Shown: positions 26,065 to 35,366 of the stretch, piece by piece
How the letters are laid out: each line of letters opens with the position of its first letter
Numbering within the stretch: position 1 is the first letter of the stretch
From: Alloprevotella sp.
GTDB taxonomy: Bacteria > Bacillota > Clostridia > Christensenellales > Aristaeellaceae
Direction: 5' to 3'
Length of the DNA: 64,000 bases
Assembly: GCA_963617205.1 (NCBI GenBank)
Contig: CAVEOA010000002.1
Span: 22,289 to 86,288, forward strand
Translations under genes and position numbers: made by a program
The notes under the pieces: generated by a model
The model's input: only the letters and a program-made list of their open reading frames with translations
What the model was told of the DNA's origin: nothing
The model's database searches: none

Positions 26065-27231
26065 TTATTGTATATCAGGCTGCCGAAGATCAACATAGCG
26101 CGTAAGCGTGCCAACCAATGGCTTTGCCCAGTCAACAAAGGCAGGTGTAACATCCATCCCGCTTTCTGCAATAAATTCCTTCGGGAACAGGCGCTCATGC
26201 AGCATGACCTTTTCAACCGGAATCAGTATTTTTTCGCACACATACGGTTCATTGCTTACCCGGCGAAGCCCCGGCATAAAGCCGCCCCTGCCGTCCAGCA
26301 CCGTTGCTGCGGCAAGCCTGCCAAGCTCAATCGCCTCATTCCGGTCCACCTCGGAGACCATTTCGGGGCAGCTTCGCCCCAGAATGCCCGGCTTTTCGCA
26401 TCGGGCCTTGACGCCCAGCTCCTCGATGACCATATGAACAAGTTCGCTGGAAACATCGCCGAAATACGTTGCCCTGTCCGTTTTATACACAGGCGGTGCA
26501 ACAGGGGTTCCGTCCTCTTTGCAGATTCCCTCGCTGACCGCGACAACAACGCCCTTCCCCTTTTTCCACAGGCGGCTCACTTCCTTCAGGAAAGCCTCCT
26601 TGTGAAAAGGCACCTCCGGCAGCAGAATCAGATGCGGCGCATCGTCCGCCTTTGCGCGCGCCAGCGCCGATGCCGCAGTAATCCACCCGCTGTTGCGCCC
26701 CATATACTCGACGATGCACACATGAATGGGCATTGCTGCCACATCCTCCGCGATTTCCAGCATCGACTGCGCGGCAAAGCGTGCGGCGCTTGCATAGCCC
26801 GGCGCATGGTCGGTGACGCCGATGTCATTATCAACGGTTTTCGGAATGCCGCCAACGACAATTCCAAACTCCCTGCACGCCTGCGCCAAATGTCCGCATG
26901 TGTCCATGCTGCCATTGCCGCCGGTAAAAAGCACATATCCAATATCATGGCGATGCAGGATTTCCGCCATTTGTCTGTATTCCTTTTCATAGAGCGGCGT
27001 GCGCGATGTGCCAATCGCAGATGCGGGAGACGTGCAGATGCGCTGCAGCATTTCCTCCGGCAAAGCGCCCAGATTGACAAATTCTTCCTTCAGGATTCCT
27101 GCCGATCCGTGCACAGCGCCCCAGATGGCATCCACCTTTTTGCTGCTGAGCGCTTCTTCCACCGCTCCGTAAAGAGATGCATTAATCACGGCCGTCGGAC
27201 CGCCGCCGTGGGCAATTAAAAGCTTGGCCAT
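26065..27231 (-). CDS. PfkA-family sugar-phosphate 1-kinase (6-phosphofructokinase-like)
   Basis: MAKLLIAHGGGPTAVINAS, FTGGNGSMDT, GIPKTVDNDI and VEYMGRNSGW. ATG 27231 is preferred to the ORF-track start at 27258. Confidence 0.8.
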   Translation of the reverse strand: MAKLLIAHGGGPTAVINASLYGAVEEALSSKKVDAIWGAVHGSAGILKEEFVNLGALPEEMLQRICTSPASAIGTSRTPLYEKEYRQMAEILHRHDIGYVLFTGGNGSMDTCGHLAQACREFGIVVGGIPKTVDNDIGVTDHAPGYASAARFAAQSMLEIAEDVAAMPIHVCIVEYMGRNSGWITAASALARAKADDAPHLILLPEVPFHKEAFLKEVSRLWKKGKGVVVAVSEGICKEDGTPVAPPVYKTDRATYFGDVSSELVHMVIEELGVKARCEKPGILGRSCPEMVSEVDRNEAIELGRLAAATVLDGRGGFMPGLRRVSNEPYVCEKILIPVEKVMLHERLFPKEFIAESGMDVTPAFVDWAKPLVGTLTRYVDLRQPDIQ

Positions 27232-27247
27232 ACGTTTCCTCCGCCCT

Positions 27248-28594
27248 TTACAGCTCAATTACCGGAATCCCCATGACTGCCGCCGTCTGCTTCATGGCTT
27301 CATAGCATTCATCCCACACCAGAACATAATGATGCGGAATCCCCTTCGCAAGCAAAGCATCAACCGTTGCACGAACCGGCTGTTCCATCTTTACAAAGCA
27401 CATACAGCCGCGCGATGTACGATCACGATCCAATGCTTCGCCGCGCATCAGAACCAGCTTATACGTGCCATGGTCATTATGCAGGCGTGCGATTGTTACG
27501 TGCCCGGGCTTCAATGCCGTCCAGAAGGCGCTGCCCTGACCGATCAGCGGATGATTGCACAACGCGCAGGCGTATTTTGTTGAATGCAGCTCAGGTGCCG
27601 CATTGCCGCAATGCCAGAATGTCAGCGTATTCTCCTTCTCATCCATGTCAATCATATCGGCAATAAAAGGCGTTTTGCCCGTGAGCTTCTGCTCCATCAC
27701 CTGCGTGATGCCTGCATCCACATCGCCCTCGCAGGCAACGGTCAGTCCATCGCTCAGCAGGCGGCCAAGAACCGCACACGGCTGAATGTGCATCGTCGTC
27801 ATCTCAGGCCAGCATTTGATGGATGCAAAATCATAGCCCTGCTCAGCCATGACCTTCTTAATGGCAAGATAGGAACGGGAATGCAGCTCCAGATGACCTT
27901 CCGGCAGGCGGCTGACATCCCACGTGTTCTGCACGTAGTCCATATCCGCCTTGACTTCGCTTTCCGGCAGCGCATCCATCTCGCTCTTAACAACCTGCAG
28001 GTCGGTGGAATTCATCGTCATGCCGAAGGTGTGCCGAATCGAAGCCTCATCAAAGGTACTCACATAATAATTGGTCGGTCGATAGCCAAACAAGCCGATG
28101 TTCATGCCGCTTAAAGCCTTTCGGGTCGCATAGGCCTTCAGCAGACGGATGATCTGCCCGCCGGCAGCATCCTCCTCCGGATCACCGTAAACCGTATGAT
28201 ACGCATATCCCAGGCGATTAAGCGCGGATGCATTCATGGTCATGGCGCACAGCGCATTTGCCCAGAGGCGTTCATCGGGATGGAAGGGAGGCTCATGAGG
28301 CGCCCAGAGAATCAGAGGAACGTTCATCTGCTGCTTGATCGCCGCCGCGATATCGTCTGCGGTAAAGGCACCATAGACCATCACCACAACGTCCACAAGG
28401 GCAGAACGGAACTGTTCAATTGCTTCCTGTACTTCCGCAGGTGTTGTGAGCACGTGATCCGGAATCAGAAGCTCCATATCAGGCAGATTCTTCCGCATCC
28501 ATTCCGAGTACTCCGCCAAACGTTTATCAGGCAGCTCCTGCGGCCAGCGCCCGGATTTCGTGACCATCAAGCCGACAATTAAACTTTTCCCCAT
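27248..28594 (-). CDS. L-fucose/L-arabinose isomerase-family protein
   Basis: 448 aa. The Rossmann-like N-part (VVVMVYGAFT, PLILWAP) and C-part (FASIKCWPEM, TFWHCGNA) resemble the FucI/AraA superfamily. Substrate unknown. Confidence 0.55.
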   Translation of the reverse strand: MGKSLIVGLMVTKSGRWPQELPDKRLAEYSEWMRKNLPDMELLIPDHVLTTPAEVQEAIEQFRSALVDVVVMVYGAFTADDIAAAIKQQMNVPLILWAPHEPPFHPDERLWANALCAMTMNASALNRLGYAYHTVYGDPEEDAAGGQIIRLLKAYATRKALSGMNIGLFGYRPTNYYVSTFDEASIRHTFGMTMNSTDLQVVKSEMDALPESEVKADMDYVQNTWDVSRLPEGHLELHSRSYLAIKKVMAEQGYDFASIKCWPEMTTMHIQPCAVLGRLLSDGLTVACEGDVDAGITQVMEQKLTGKTPFIADMIDMDEKENTLTFWHCGNAAPELHSTKYACALCNHPLIGQGSAFWTALKPGHVTIARLHNDHGTYKLVLMRGEALDRDRTSRGCMCFVKMEQPVRATVDALLAKGIPHHYVLVWDECYEAMKQTAAVMGIPVIEL

Positions 28595-28609
28595 TGCTAA
28601 TTGCCTCCC

Positions 28610-29458
28610 TTAAGCCTTTCCTTCCGAGCCGGACAGCCGGATGATATGCTTGACATCCTCCACCAGAGCGTCGCTGGCATACTGGCTCACCTTCCAGCTG
28701 TGTCCCTGATGATCGGTCTGCAGGCCTTCCTCCAGATGCTGAATATACTTATACCGAATCTCCGTGCCGAAGTTGATTTTCGCAACGCCCAGCTTGATTG
28801 CATCGCGAACCACGCTTTCCTTCATGCCCGTGCAGCCGTGCAGCACGAAGGGCATATCGGTAAACGTGCGAACCTTCTCAAGGATATCCAGATGAATATC
28901 GGGTTCACCCTTATAATACCCGTGTGCGTTGCCAATGCCAATAGCCAGCGTGTCAGGATGACAGAGATTCAAGAATTCACGCACCTCATCCGGATTGGCA
29001 AGATTTTTATTTTCCATTACGACGCCATTGTCGAGCCGCTGCAATTCACCGATTTCGGCCTCCACCGGGACATGAAAATACTTTGCTACCTTGACAACTT
29101 CCTCTGTCAATGATGCATTTTCATGAACCGGCTGCTTTGATCCGTCAATCATCAGCGATGTAAAACCGAGGCGCAGCGCCTCCATGCAAATCGGGAAACC
29201 GTCCCCGTGATCCAGATGAATGGAAACCGGCACAGAAACACGCTCCGCGCACCACTTGGCGACCTGCACAAACCAGTCGTGACCACTGTAAGCGCCAGTG
29301 GATACATAATGCGCCAGAATAATGGGGGATTTCATTTCATCCGCCGCCTTGCAAATGGCGCGAATGATATCATAATTGCCGCCCTGTGTATTGATTGCAG
29401 GAATCGCATAGCCGTCTTTGGCTGCCTTCTGCATCTGTTCAAGATTTGTGCAAAGCAT
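28610..29458 (-). CDS. Class II ketose-bisphosphate aldolase (tagatose/fructose-1,6-bisphosphate aldolase, KbaY/GatY-like)
   Basis: GYAIPAINT, PVSIHLDHGD, SLMIDGS and VLHGCTG motifs. Confidence 0.8.
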   Translation of the reverse strand: MLCTNLEQMQKAAKDGYAIPAINTQGGNYDIIRAICKAADEMKSPIILAHYVSTGAYSGHDWFVQVAKWCAERVSVPVSIHLDHGDGFPICMEALRLGFTSLMIDGSKQPVHENASLTEEVVKVAKYFHVPVEAEIGELQRLDNGVVMENKNLANPDEVREFLNLCHPDTLAIGIGNAHGYYKGEPDIHLDILEKVRTFTDMPFVLHGCTGMKESVVRDAIKLGVAKINFGTEIRYKYIQHLEEGLQTDHQGHSWKVSQYASDALVEDVKHIIRLSGSEGKA

Positions 29459-29477
29459 TTTATTCTCTCCTCCGCAA

Positions 29478-30515
29478 TTACTTCAGAACAATAGCCTGCG
29501 AAAGATGACGGGGCGTGTCAGGCTCAAGACCTTTCTTCATGGCGACATGGTAGCCGATCATCTGTCCGAAAATGGAGCCAAGCACAGCGCAGGTCAGTTC
29601 ATCATTGCCGACCTTCAGCTGATACCGGCTGCCCGCCGCTTCAGGCGCAGGTCCCATGGCGACCGACACGCCGCCGTAGCCTTCAAGCTCGCGCAGGAGC
29701 TTTACATCCTCTTCCTGCGTTTCCGGCAGGGTGAAGATCATAATCAGCGTATTCCTGTCCACCAGGCTCATCGGACCGTGCCTGTATTCCAGAGAATAAT
29801 ATGCCTCGGAATTGGAAAGGCTCATTTCCTTCATCTTGTTCATGCATTCGTTGGCAATGCCGTACATCATGCCCTGTCCCAAGGTGATGAACAGATTCAG
29901 CTCCGGATTTTCCGCGACAATCTTCTCCGCCAGCGCATCCATGGCAGGGATGGTCGTTTTTGCAATCGCCGGCAGTTCCTTCAGCTTTTCAATTTCGGCA
30001 ATCCGACCTGCCGCAAACAGGCTGACGATTTCCGCCATCATCACCATGGCCGTAAACGACCGCGTCATGATGACGCTGTCCTCCGCCGTATCGGGGCAAA
30101 GCACATAATGATCGTTGTAAAGCTTGCTGTCCGCATCGCAGGTGATGGCCAACGAGGTGACGCCTTCGATTTTCCGGACGTGGTCAATCGCACGGCGAAC
30201 CTCCGTGGTATAGCTCTTGCGCGTGATTGGCAGAACAAGCGTCTTTGCGCCCTTAATATACGCGTGCGGCATATCGTAGAGCTCCGAGCAGCAAACCGCC
30301 CATGCAGGCGTCGCGTTATACTTGTTGAAAACATACGCAGCCGATTGCGCAAGATAGAAGGACGTGCCGCAGCCGGTAAAAATCAGCTGATCATATTTCT
30401 GCGCAAATACGTTTTTGAGCGTATCCAGCGTTTCAGGAAGCGTGTTGACCAGCGCTTCAAAGGAATCTGCCTGACCGTAAATTTCGCGATACGTTTTATT
30501 ACCCAACTGATTCAT
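29478..30515 (-). CDS. Double-SIS-domain sugar-phosphate isomerase/deaminase (AgaS/NagB-II/FrlB-like)
   Basis: REIYGQADSF and FTGCGTSFYLAQSAAY are typical of the GlmS-C/AgaS family. 345 aa. Confidence 0.75.
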   Translation of the reverse strand: MNQLGNKTYREIYGQADSFEALVNTLPETLDTLKNVFAQKYDQLIFTGCGTSFYLAQSAAYVFNKYNATPAWAVCCSELYDMPHAYIKGAKTLVLPITRKSYTTEVRRAIDHVRKIEGVTSLAITCDADSKLYNDHYVLCPDTAEDSVIMTRSFTAMVMMAEIVSLFAAGRIAEIEKLKELPAIAKTTIPAMDALAEKIVAENPELNLFITLGQGMMYGIANECMNKMKEMSLSNSEAYYSLEYRHGPMSLVDRNTLIMIFTLPETQEEDVKLLRELEGYGGVSVAMGPAPEAAGSRYQLKVGNDELTCAVLGSIFGQMIGYHVAMKKGLEPDTPRHLSQAIVLK

Positions 30516-30545
30516 GATTGTGCCTTCCTTTCTGTATTCAGCGTA

Positions 30546-31421
30546 TTAGCCTTTTACCGCGCCTGCCACAAGTCCCTTGACCATATACTTCTGGAAGAAG
30601 AAGAACAGCAGGAGCATCGGGAGGATGCCTACGATGGAAATCGTGTTGACCAGGGACCAGTCATACGACAGCTCGCCGAGATAGCGTGCCGAAATGCCGA
30701 CGGACAGCGTCCGCAATGCGTCATTTTGAATCAGGATTGCCGCATGCAGGAAATCGTCCCACGCCATCAGGAATGCATAGATGCCCACAGCGAGCAAGCC
30801 GCCGGACACCAGAGGCAGAGAAATGGAGAACATAATGCGCCAGCGTCCGGCGCCGTCCACCGTTGCCGCCTCCTCGATGCTGTTCGGCACGCCATCGAAG
30901 AAGGAGATCATCAGCATCGTGCAGAACGGAATCTGCGACGCCGTGATGGCGAGAACAAGTCCCGGCAGCGTGTTGATCAGCCCCACCGAGCGCAGAATCC
31001 CGTACAGAGAGATCAATCTGCTGACAACCGGGAACATCTGCGATGCCGTCAGAAGGGCAATCACGGCGGCGTTTAATTTCACATGCAGCCGCGACAGCGC
31101 ATAGCCGGCGAGGAACGATGCAAACAGCGTAATCAGCGCAACCGCACCGGACACAATGAAGTTGTTGCGGTAGTAAACAAAGAACTGATTGTTTTCCGTT
31201 ACCAGACGAACATAGCTGTCAGCCGTAAAATTCTTCGGCCAGAAGGTCGGCGGATACAGGTATGCTTCCAGATTCGTTTTGAACGAGGTGATCAGCACCC
31301 AATACAGCGGGAACAGCAGGAACAGCAGAATCACAAGCAGCAAAAGATATCGAAAAACATTCAGCACTACTGCTTTGGGGCGAATAGACCTGCGAACAGA
31401 CGTATGAGCCGCTTCCATCAT
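30546..31421 (-). CDS. CUT1 carbohydrate ABC transporter permease (MalG-like)
   Basis: 6 TM segments and the EAA-loop region IEEAATVDGAGRWRIMFSISLP. ATG 31421 follows aaaggagg. The ORF-track GTG at 31436 is less likely. Confidence 0.85.
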   Translation of the reverse strand: MMEAAHTSVRRSIRPKAVVLNVFRYLLLLVILLFLLFPLYWVLITSFKTNLEAYLYPPTFWPKNFTADSYVRLVTENNQFFVYYRNNFIVSGAVALITLFASFLAGYALSRLHVKLNAAVIALLTASQMFPVVSRLISLYGILRSVGLINTLPGLVLAITASQIPFCTMLMISFFDGVPNSIEEAATVDGAGRWRIMFSISLPLVSGGLLAVGIYAFLMAWDDFLHAAILIQNDALRTLSVGISARYLGELSYDWSLVNTISIVGILPMLLLFFFFQKYMVKGLVAGAVKG

Positions 31422-31432
31422 ATTTCCTCCTT

Positions 31433-32338
31433 TCACTCGGCTTGCTGACGACCAAGCACCTTTTTGAACAATGCCACCACCACAATCATCAGAAGCATCC
31501 AGATTGTTGTAACGGCAGCACCGGATCCAAGGTTCTGGCTCACAAAGGCTTCGCGGTAAGAGAGGATTGCCAGCGTTGTCGTGGAATTAGACGGACCGCC
31601 GCCGGTCATCGTCCAAATCAGCGGGAACTGCTTGAAGTTCTCGATAATTGCCATCGTAATGACAACCGAAATGACGCTGCGCATATAGGGCATCACAATG
31701 TGAACAATGCGGGTAAAATACCCTGCGCCGTCGATTGTCGCCGCCTCGATGATATCGTCCGGAACATTCTGCAGACCTGCCAGCAGGAGCAGCGTCGTCA
31801 GCGGAATCTGCTTCCACAGAGCGGCAATGCCGATGCCAACCATCGCATACTGCGTGCTGTTCAGGATTGCAAAATCATTGACCTTCCCGAACGTAACGAC
31901 GCTGACCAGATATTTCAGCAGACCATACTGGCTCTGATAAATCCACATCCAGACCAATGCGGAAATAACCGTAGGAACCACCCAGGGCATCATCATCACG
32001 CTGCGGATGAATCTCGCACCCTTCACGTTTGAATTAAGAAGGAGCGCAAAAATCATTCCAATCACGAATTGAGCCAGAACCACCCATAGAACAAATCCAA
32101 AGGTGCGCGTAATCGTCGGCAGAAACCGACTGTTGGAAAAGAGTTTTATATAATTCTCAAAGTCGTTCCACACGGCGGGCGTTCCTTTGAGAATGTTCTT
32201 CATTTTATACTCCGTAAAGCTCATGCGCACGGAGTCGGCAATCGGAACCAGAATGAAAGCCGCAACAATCAGCATCGCCGGGATGACCAATATCATCCAA
32301 AACAGCTTGTCGGCTGTTGATTTGCGCATTTTCCCCAT
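31433..32338 (-). CDS. CUT1 carbohydrate ABC transporter permease (MalF-like)
   Basis: EAA loop IIEAATIDGAGYFTRIVHIVMP. ATG 32338 follows agaggtg. Confidence 0.85.
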   Translation of the reverse strand: MGKMRKSTADKLFWMILVIPAMLIVAAFILVPIADSVRMSFTEYKMKNILKGTPAVWNDFENYIKLFSNSRFLPTITRTFGFVLWVVLAQFVIGMIFALLLNSNVKGARFIRSVMMMPWVVPTVISALVWMWIYQSQYGLLKYLVSVVTFGKVNDFAILNSTQYAMVGIGIAALWKQIPLTTLLLLAGLQNVPDDIIEAATIDGAGYFTRIVHIVMPYMRSVISVVITMAIIENFKQFPLIWTMTGGGPSNSTTTLAILSYREAFVSQNLGSGAAVTTIWMLLMIVVVALFKKVLGRQQAE

Positions 32339-32460
32339 ACACACACCTCTTTCTCCTGCTCCTGTGATAGGCAGCAATCCGGTTCAATGTTCAAAAAAAA
32401 GACAGGGAAGGAAGGAGCTTGCCATTCCCTCCCTGTCCTTCTTTGGACAGCCGGCGATTT

Positions 32461-33702
32461 TTACTCGCCAATCGTCTGATACGCGCTGGAATTTTTGAAT
32501 TCTTCAATCGCCTCATCAACAGTCATGCCATTCAGGGTCACGTTCTGCGCGAGGGTGTCCAGCTCCAGATTCAGGTCATTCAGGGTTTCGATCATCGGGA
32601 CAGCCTTCAGATTGCCCTGAGAGCCAGTCGCGCCCTGAAGCACAGGAGCGACCTCAAGCTCTGCCGTCTTGGCGGACCAGCCGGCGGCAATGTCACGGAT
32701 ATAGTGACCGACGACCTCGTCAGAAGTCACATATTCAATAAACTTGTTGACGCCTTCCGCATGACCATTCTTGTTGGACACCATGAACACGCCCGCATTC
32801 AGCACGGACTGACCGGAGCCCTCGCCGCCCTTCATCGCAGGCGCGGAGGCCGTGAAGCTCGCCGCATCGGGGTTGATGCCGGATACGCCGCTGAAGCCCC
32901 AGGACTGATCGTAGTACATCGCCAGTTCACCGTTGGCAAAGGATTGACGCAGCTCCTTCAGCTTCTGGTTCGGCGTCATATAGCCAGCCTGATACAGCGC
33001 CTGCAGCGTTTCAAGCGCCTGACGGAAGCCATCGTTATCAATGCTCATCAGACCGGTATCCAGATCGAGCACCGTGCCGCCGAAGTTGTAGATGAAGGCG
33101 GTCAGCGAGGTGCCGGAAATCGCGACAGACGCAGTGGTCTGACCGAAGGGAACAACCGGGTTGCCCGTGATGGGGCTGGTCAATTTGCTGAGCTTTTCGC
33201 AGGCAACCATCAGATCATCATAGGTGGTCGGCACCTCGATGCCCGCCTGCGCAAACAGCTCGGTATTGTAGTACAGAATAAACGGCGACACATAGTAGGG
33301 GATTGCATAGCATTCGCCGTCAAACTTGCACGAATCGAGGATGTTGGCGTCGAAGGTGTTGAGCAGATCCTCGCTCAGCACGTCCGTCACCGGATCGAAA
33401 GCATAGGCAAGGACAGAGACCCAGGACAGCTCGCCGAAAAGCGCATCGCAGTAGTCGCCGCCGCCGGCCGCTGTGATCACCGTATTGGTGGTCTGGCCGT
33501 ATTCGCTGGTGACCCATTCGATGTCGTATTCGGGATAAGCAGCTTCAAAGCCTGCCTCAACACTGTTCCAGAACTCAGTGTAGTTGGATTCCAAAACCGC
33601 ATAGTTGGAAATCTTCAATACGGTCTTTTCCTCCGCCTGCGCACTCACCGCGAATGCCAGCAGCATGCACAACACCAGGAACACGGACATTGTCTTCTTC
33701 AT
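32461..33702 (-). CDS. Extracellular sugar-binding protein of the CUT1 ABC system
   Basis: Signal peptide MKKTMSVFLVLCMLLAFAVSAQA, 413 aa, family-1 SBP-like composition. It is the first gene of the operon. Confidence 0.8.
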   Translation of the reverse strand: MKKTMSVFLVLCMLLAFAVSAQAEEKTVLKISNYAVLESNYTEFWNSVEAGFEAAYPEYDIEWVTSEYGQTTNTVITAAGGGDYCDALFGELSWVSVLAYAFDPVTDVLSEDLLNTFDANILDSCKFDGECYAIPYYVSPFILYYNTELFAQAGIEVPTTYDDLMVACEKLSKLTSPITGNPVVPFGQTTASVAISGTSLTAFIYNFGGTVLDLDTGLMSIDNDGFRQALETLQALYQAGYMTPNQKLKELRQSFANGELAMYYDQSWGFSGVSGINPDAASFTASAPAMKGGEGSGQSVLNAGVFMVSNKNGHAEGVNKFIEYVTSDEVVGHYIRDIAAGWSAKTAELEVAPVLQGATGSQGNLKAVPMIETLNDLNLELDTLAQNVTLNGMTVDEAIEEFKNSSAYQTIGE

Positions 33703-33794
33703 GACGCTACCTCCATTTTCAGTTAGAACGGCCCAGAATGTGACTCCAAGAGCTCTTGGGATTAAGCGTTCAAATACTGACCGCTTTCACCATC

Positions 33795-33823
33795 ATTATA
33801 TCAACACGTGTTGACAATGTCAA
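33795..33823 (-). promoter_or_regulatory. Consensus sigma-A promoter with a perfect 14-bp palindromic operator in its spacer
   Basis: Minus strand reads TTGACA-ttgtcaacacgtgttga-TATAAT with a 17-nt spacer. The palindrome TCAACACGTGTTGA is at 33801-33814. It drives the SBP-permease-catabolic operon. Confidence 0.7.
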
Positions 33824-33902
33824 GGGGTTTTTCAACTTTTTTCTTCAAAACAACATCATACAACGTGGCAGCATGATGGCTCATGAATTTTACAGCATCT
33901 GT

Positions 33903-33950
33903 AATTGCAGAAATCGGAAGTTTGCTGAACAGAAATCAAGATTTCTGCAA
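33903..33950. repeat. Second copy of the TTGCAGAAAT / ATTTCTGCAA hairpin element
   Basis: The 10-bp arms at 33905-33914 and 33941-33950 have a 26-nt spacer. The arms and part of the loop (gaa.tttgc.g.a) match the element at 16745-16795. Confidence 0.5.
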
Positions 33951-34006
33951 GAGATGGATAATGTAGATTCACATTCCATTGTGCCGCCGAATTATTCGGT
34001 GTCACC

Positions 34007-35167
34007 TTAAGCGTCTAAACTCGAATATACTATTTCACCGCCGACAATGGTTGTACAAACATCCAATTCATCGTTCAACAGCACCAAATCCGCATCAAAG
34101 CCGACCGCGATGCGCCCCTTTCTGTCGTCAAGACGCAATGCCGCCGCCACATTTTCCGTGAATAGCGGGATAATTTCCTCTAATGACTTTCCCGTAAAGC
34201 GAATCAGATTGCGCAGCGCCTGAATCATCGTCAGCGTGCTGCCTGCACGCGAGTTGCCATGCGCCAGCCGTGCATCGCCATTTTCAACGATTATATCATT
34301 CACGCCCAGCTTGTAGTTGCCGTCAGGAAGTCCGGCAGCCATGATGCTGTCCGTAATGGCAATCACCTTCTTCATCCCCTTGCACTTCAGGAGCATCCGA
34401 ACCGTGCCGGGATGCAGATGGCGACCATCGCAAATTGCCTCGCACCATGCATCGCTTTCCAAGGCAGCGCCCATAATCGCCGGCTCATGCTGATGGAAAA
34501 GCCTCATGCCGTTGAATGTGTGCGTTACGCAGCGTGCGCCCTTGCGGAATGCTTCCATGGCGACATCATACGTTGCCGCGCTATGCCCGATTGCAAACAC
34601 AATCCGGTCGGAATATTCCTCGATCACCTGCATGACGTCTTCTATTTCCGGCGCAACAGTCATATAGCGCAGATGATCTTTTGCCGCGCAGAGATACCGC
34701 TGCACCAGCGCAGCATCCCCTTTGCGCAGCAGATGCTCCGGCATCGCGCCCTTATATTCCGGATTCAGAAACGGCCCTTCCAAATGCACCCCCAACAGCT
34801 GTGCACCATAGCCATGCTCCTCGCACACCTGATTGATCGTGTCAATGCAGCGCATGGTTGTCTCTTCCGTATCCGTCAAAACCGACGCATTCCATGCCGT
34901 TACGCCCTGACTGGCAAAAAAGGCTGCAATCCGCTTCAAGCCATCGGCATCAGCCGCATTCACGTCCACGCCGGCACCGCCATGGGTATGCGCATCAATC
35001 AACCCCGGAATCAGCTTATATCCGCGCCAATCAACTCGTGTTGCTGACGCACAAAAAGAAACATCATCGCCTAAAGCTGTGATTTTTCCGTTGCTCATCA
35101 GCACGTTCATCCGCTCAAAATGTCCGTTCGCGTAAACCTGCGCATTTTCAATCATGAGTTCTGCCAT
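34007..35167 (-). CDS. nagA: N-acetylglucosamine/galactosamine-6-phosphate deacetylase
   Basis: MAELMIENAQVY...GLIDAHTHGGAGVD...HLEGPF..., an amidohydrolase pattern. ATG 35167 follows gaaggaagg. The ORF-track start at 35374 would run through the promoter region. Confidence 0.85.
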   Translation of the reverse strand: MAELMIENAQVYANGHFERMNVLMSNGKITALGDDVSFCASATRVDWRGYKLIPGLIDAHTHGGAGVDVNAADADGLKRIAAFFASQGVTAWNASVLTDTEETTMRCIDTINQVCEEHGYGAQLLGVHLEGPFLNPEYKGAMPEHLLRKGDAALVQRYLCAAKDHLRYMTVAPEIEDVMQVIEEYSDRIVFAIGHSAATYDVAMEAFRKGARCVTHTFNGMRLFHQHEPAIMGAALESDAWCEAICDGRHLHPGTVRMLLKCKGMKKVIAITDSIMAAGLPDGNYKLGVNDIIVENGDARLAHGNSRAGSTLTMIQALRNLIRFTGKSLEEIIPLFTENVAAALRLDDRKGRIAVGFDADLVLLNDELDVCTTIVGGEIVYSSLDA

Positions 35168-35212
35168 TTTCAACGACCTTCCTTCTGCCTTTTTTGAGCT
35201 TTGACCTCTGCT

Positions 35213-35241
35213 ATCATACCACAAGCGGACGATCTTTGCAA
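35213..35241 (-). promoter_or_regulatory. Candidate sigma-A promoter of nagA
   Basis: Minus strand TTGCAA (35241-35236), a 17-nt spacer, then TGgTATGAT (hexamer 35218-35213). Confidence 0.55.
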
Positions 35242-35293
35242 ATGCGTAATCCCGTAAATGCTGTTTGAATGGAACAAACTTGAAATCATCACC

Positions 35294-35337
35294 TTGATAT
35301 TTTGCAAAACTCATGCTATAATAGACATACGTGTTGA
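35294..35337 (+). promoter_or_regulatory. Sigma-A promoter of the second TSUP gene followed by an operator-like half-palindrome
   Basis: TTGATA (35294-35299), a 17-nt spacer, then TATAAT (35317-35322). GACATACGTGTTGA at 35324-35337 matches the 33801 palindrome at 10 of 14 positions, with a perfect right half. Confidence 0.6.
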
Positions 35338-35366
35338 ACGTCACCAAAGACTTGAAGGAGCGGCGT

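Noticed and set aside
25039-27219. 726-aa plus-strand ORF spanning the TIM and PFK genes
   Set aside because: It is antisense to two well-supported minus-strand genes. The translation is Arg/His/Ala/Gln-rich low-complexity sequence with no motif. This is the typical shadow ORF of GC-rich coding DNA.
33756-34010. 84-aa plus-strand ORF in the nagA/SBP intergenic region
   Set aside because: It has no SD and AT-rich, odd composition. It overlaps the consensus promoter/operator and the hairpin element.
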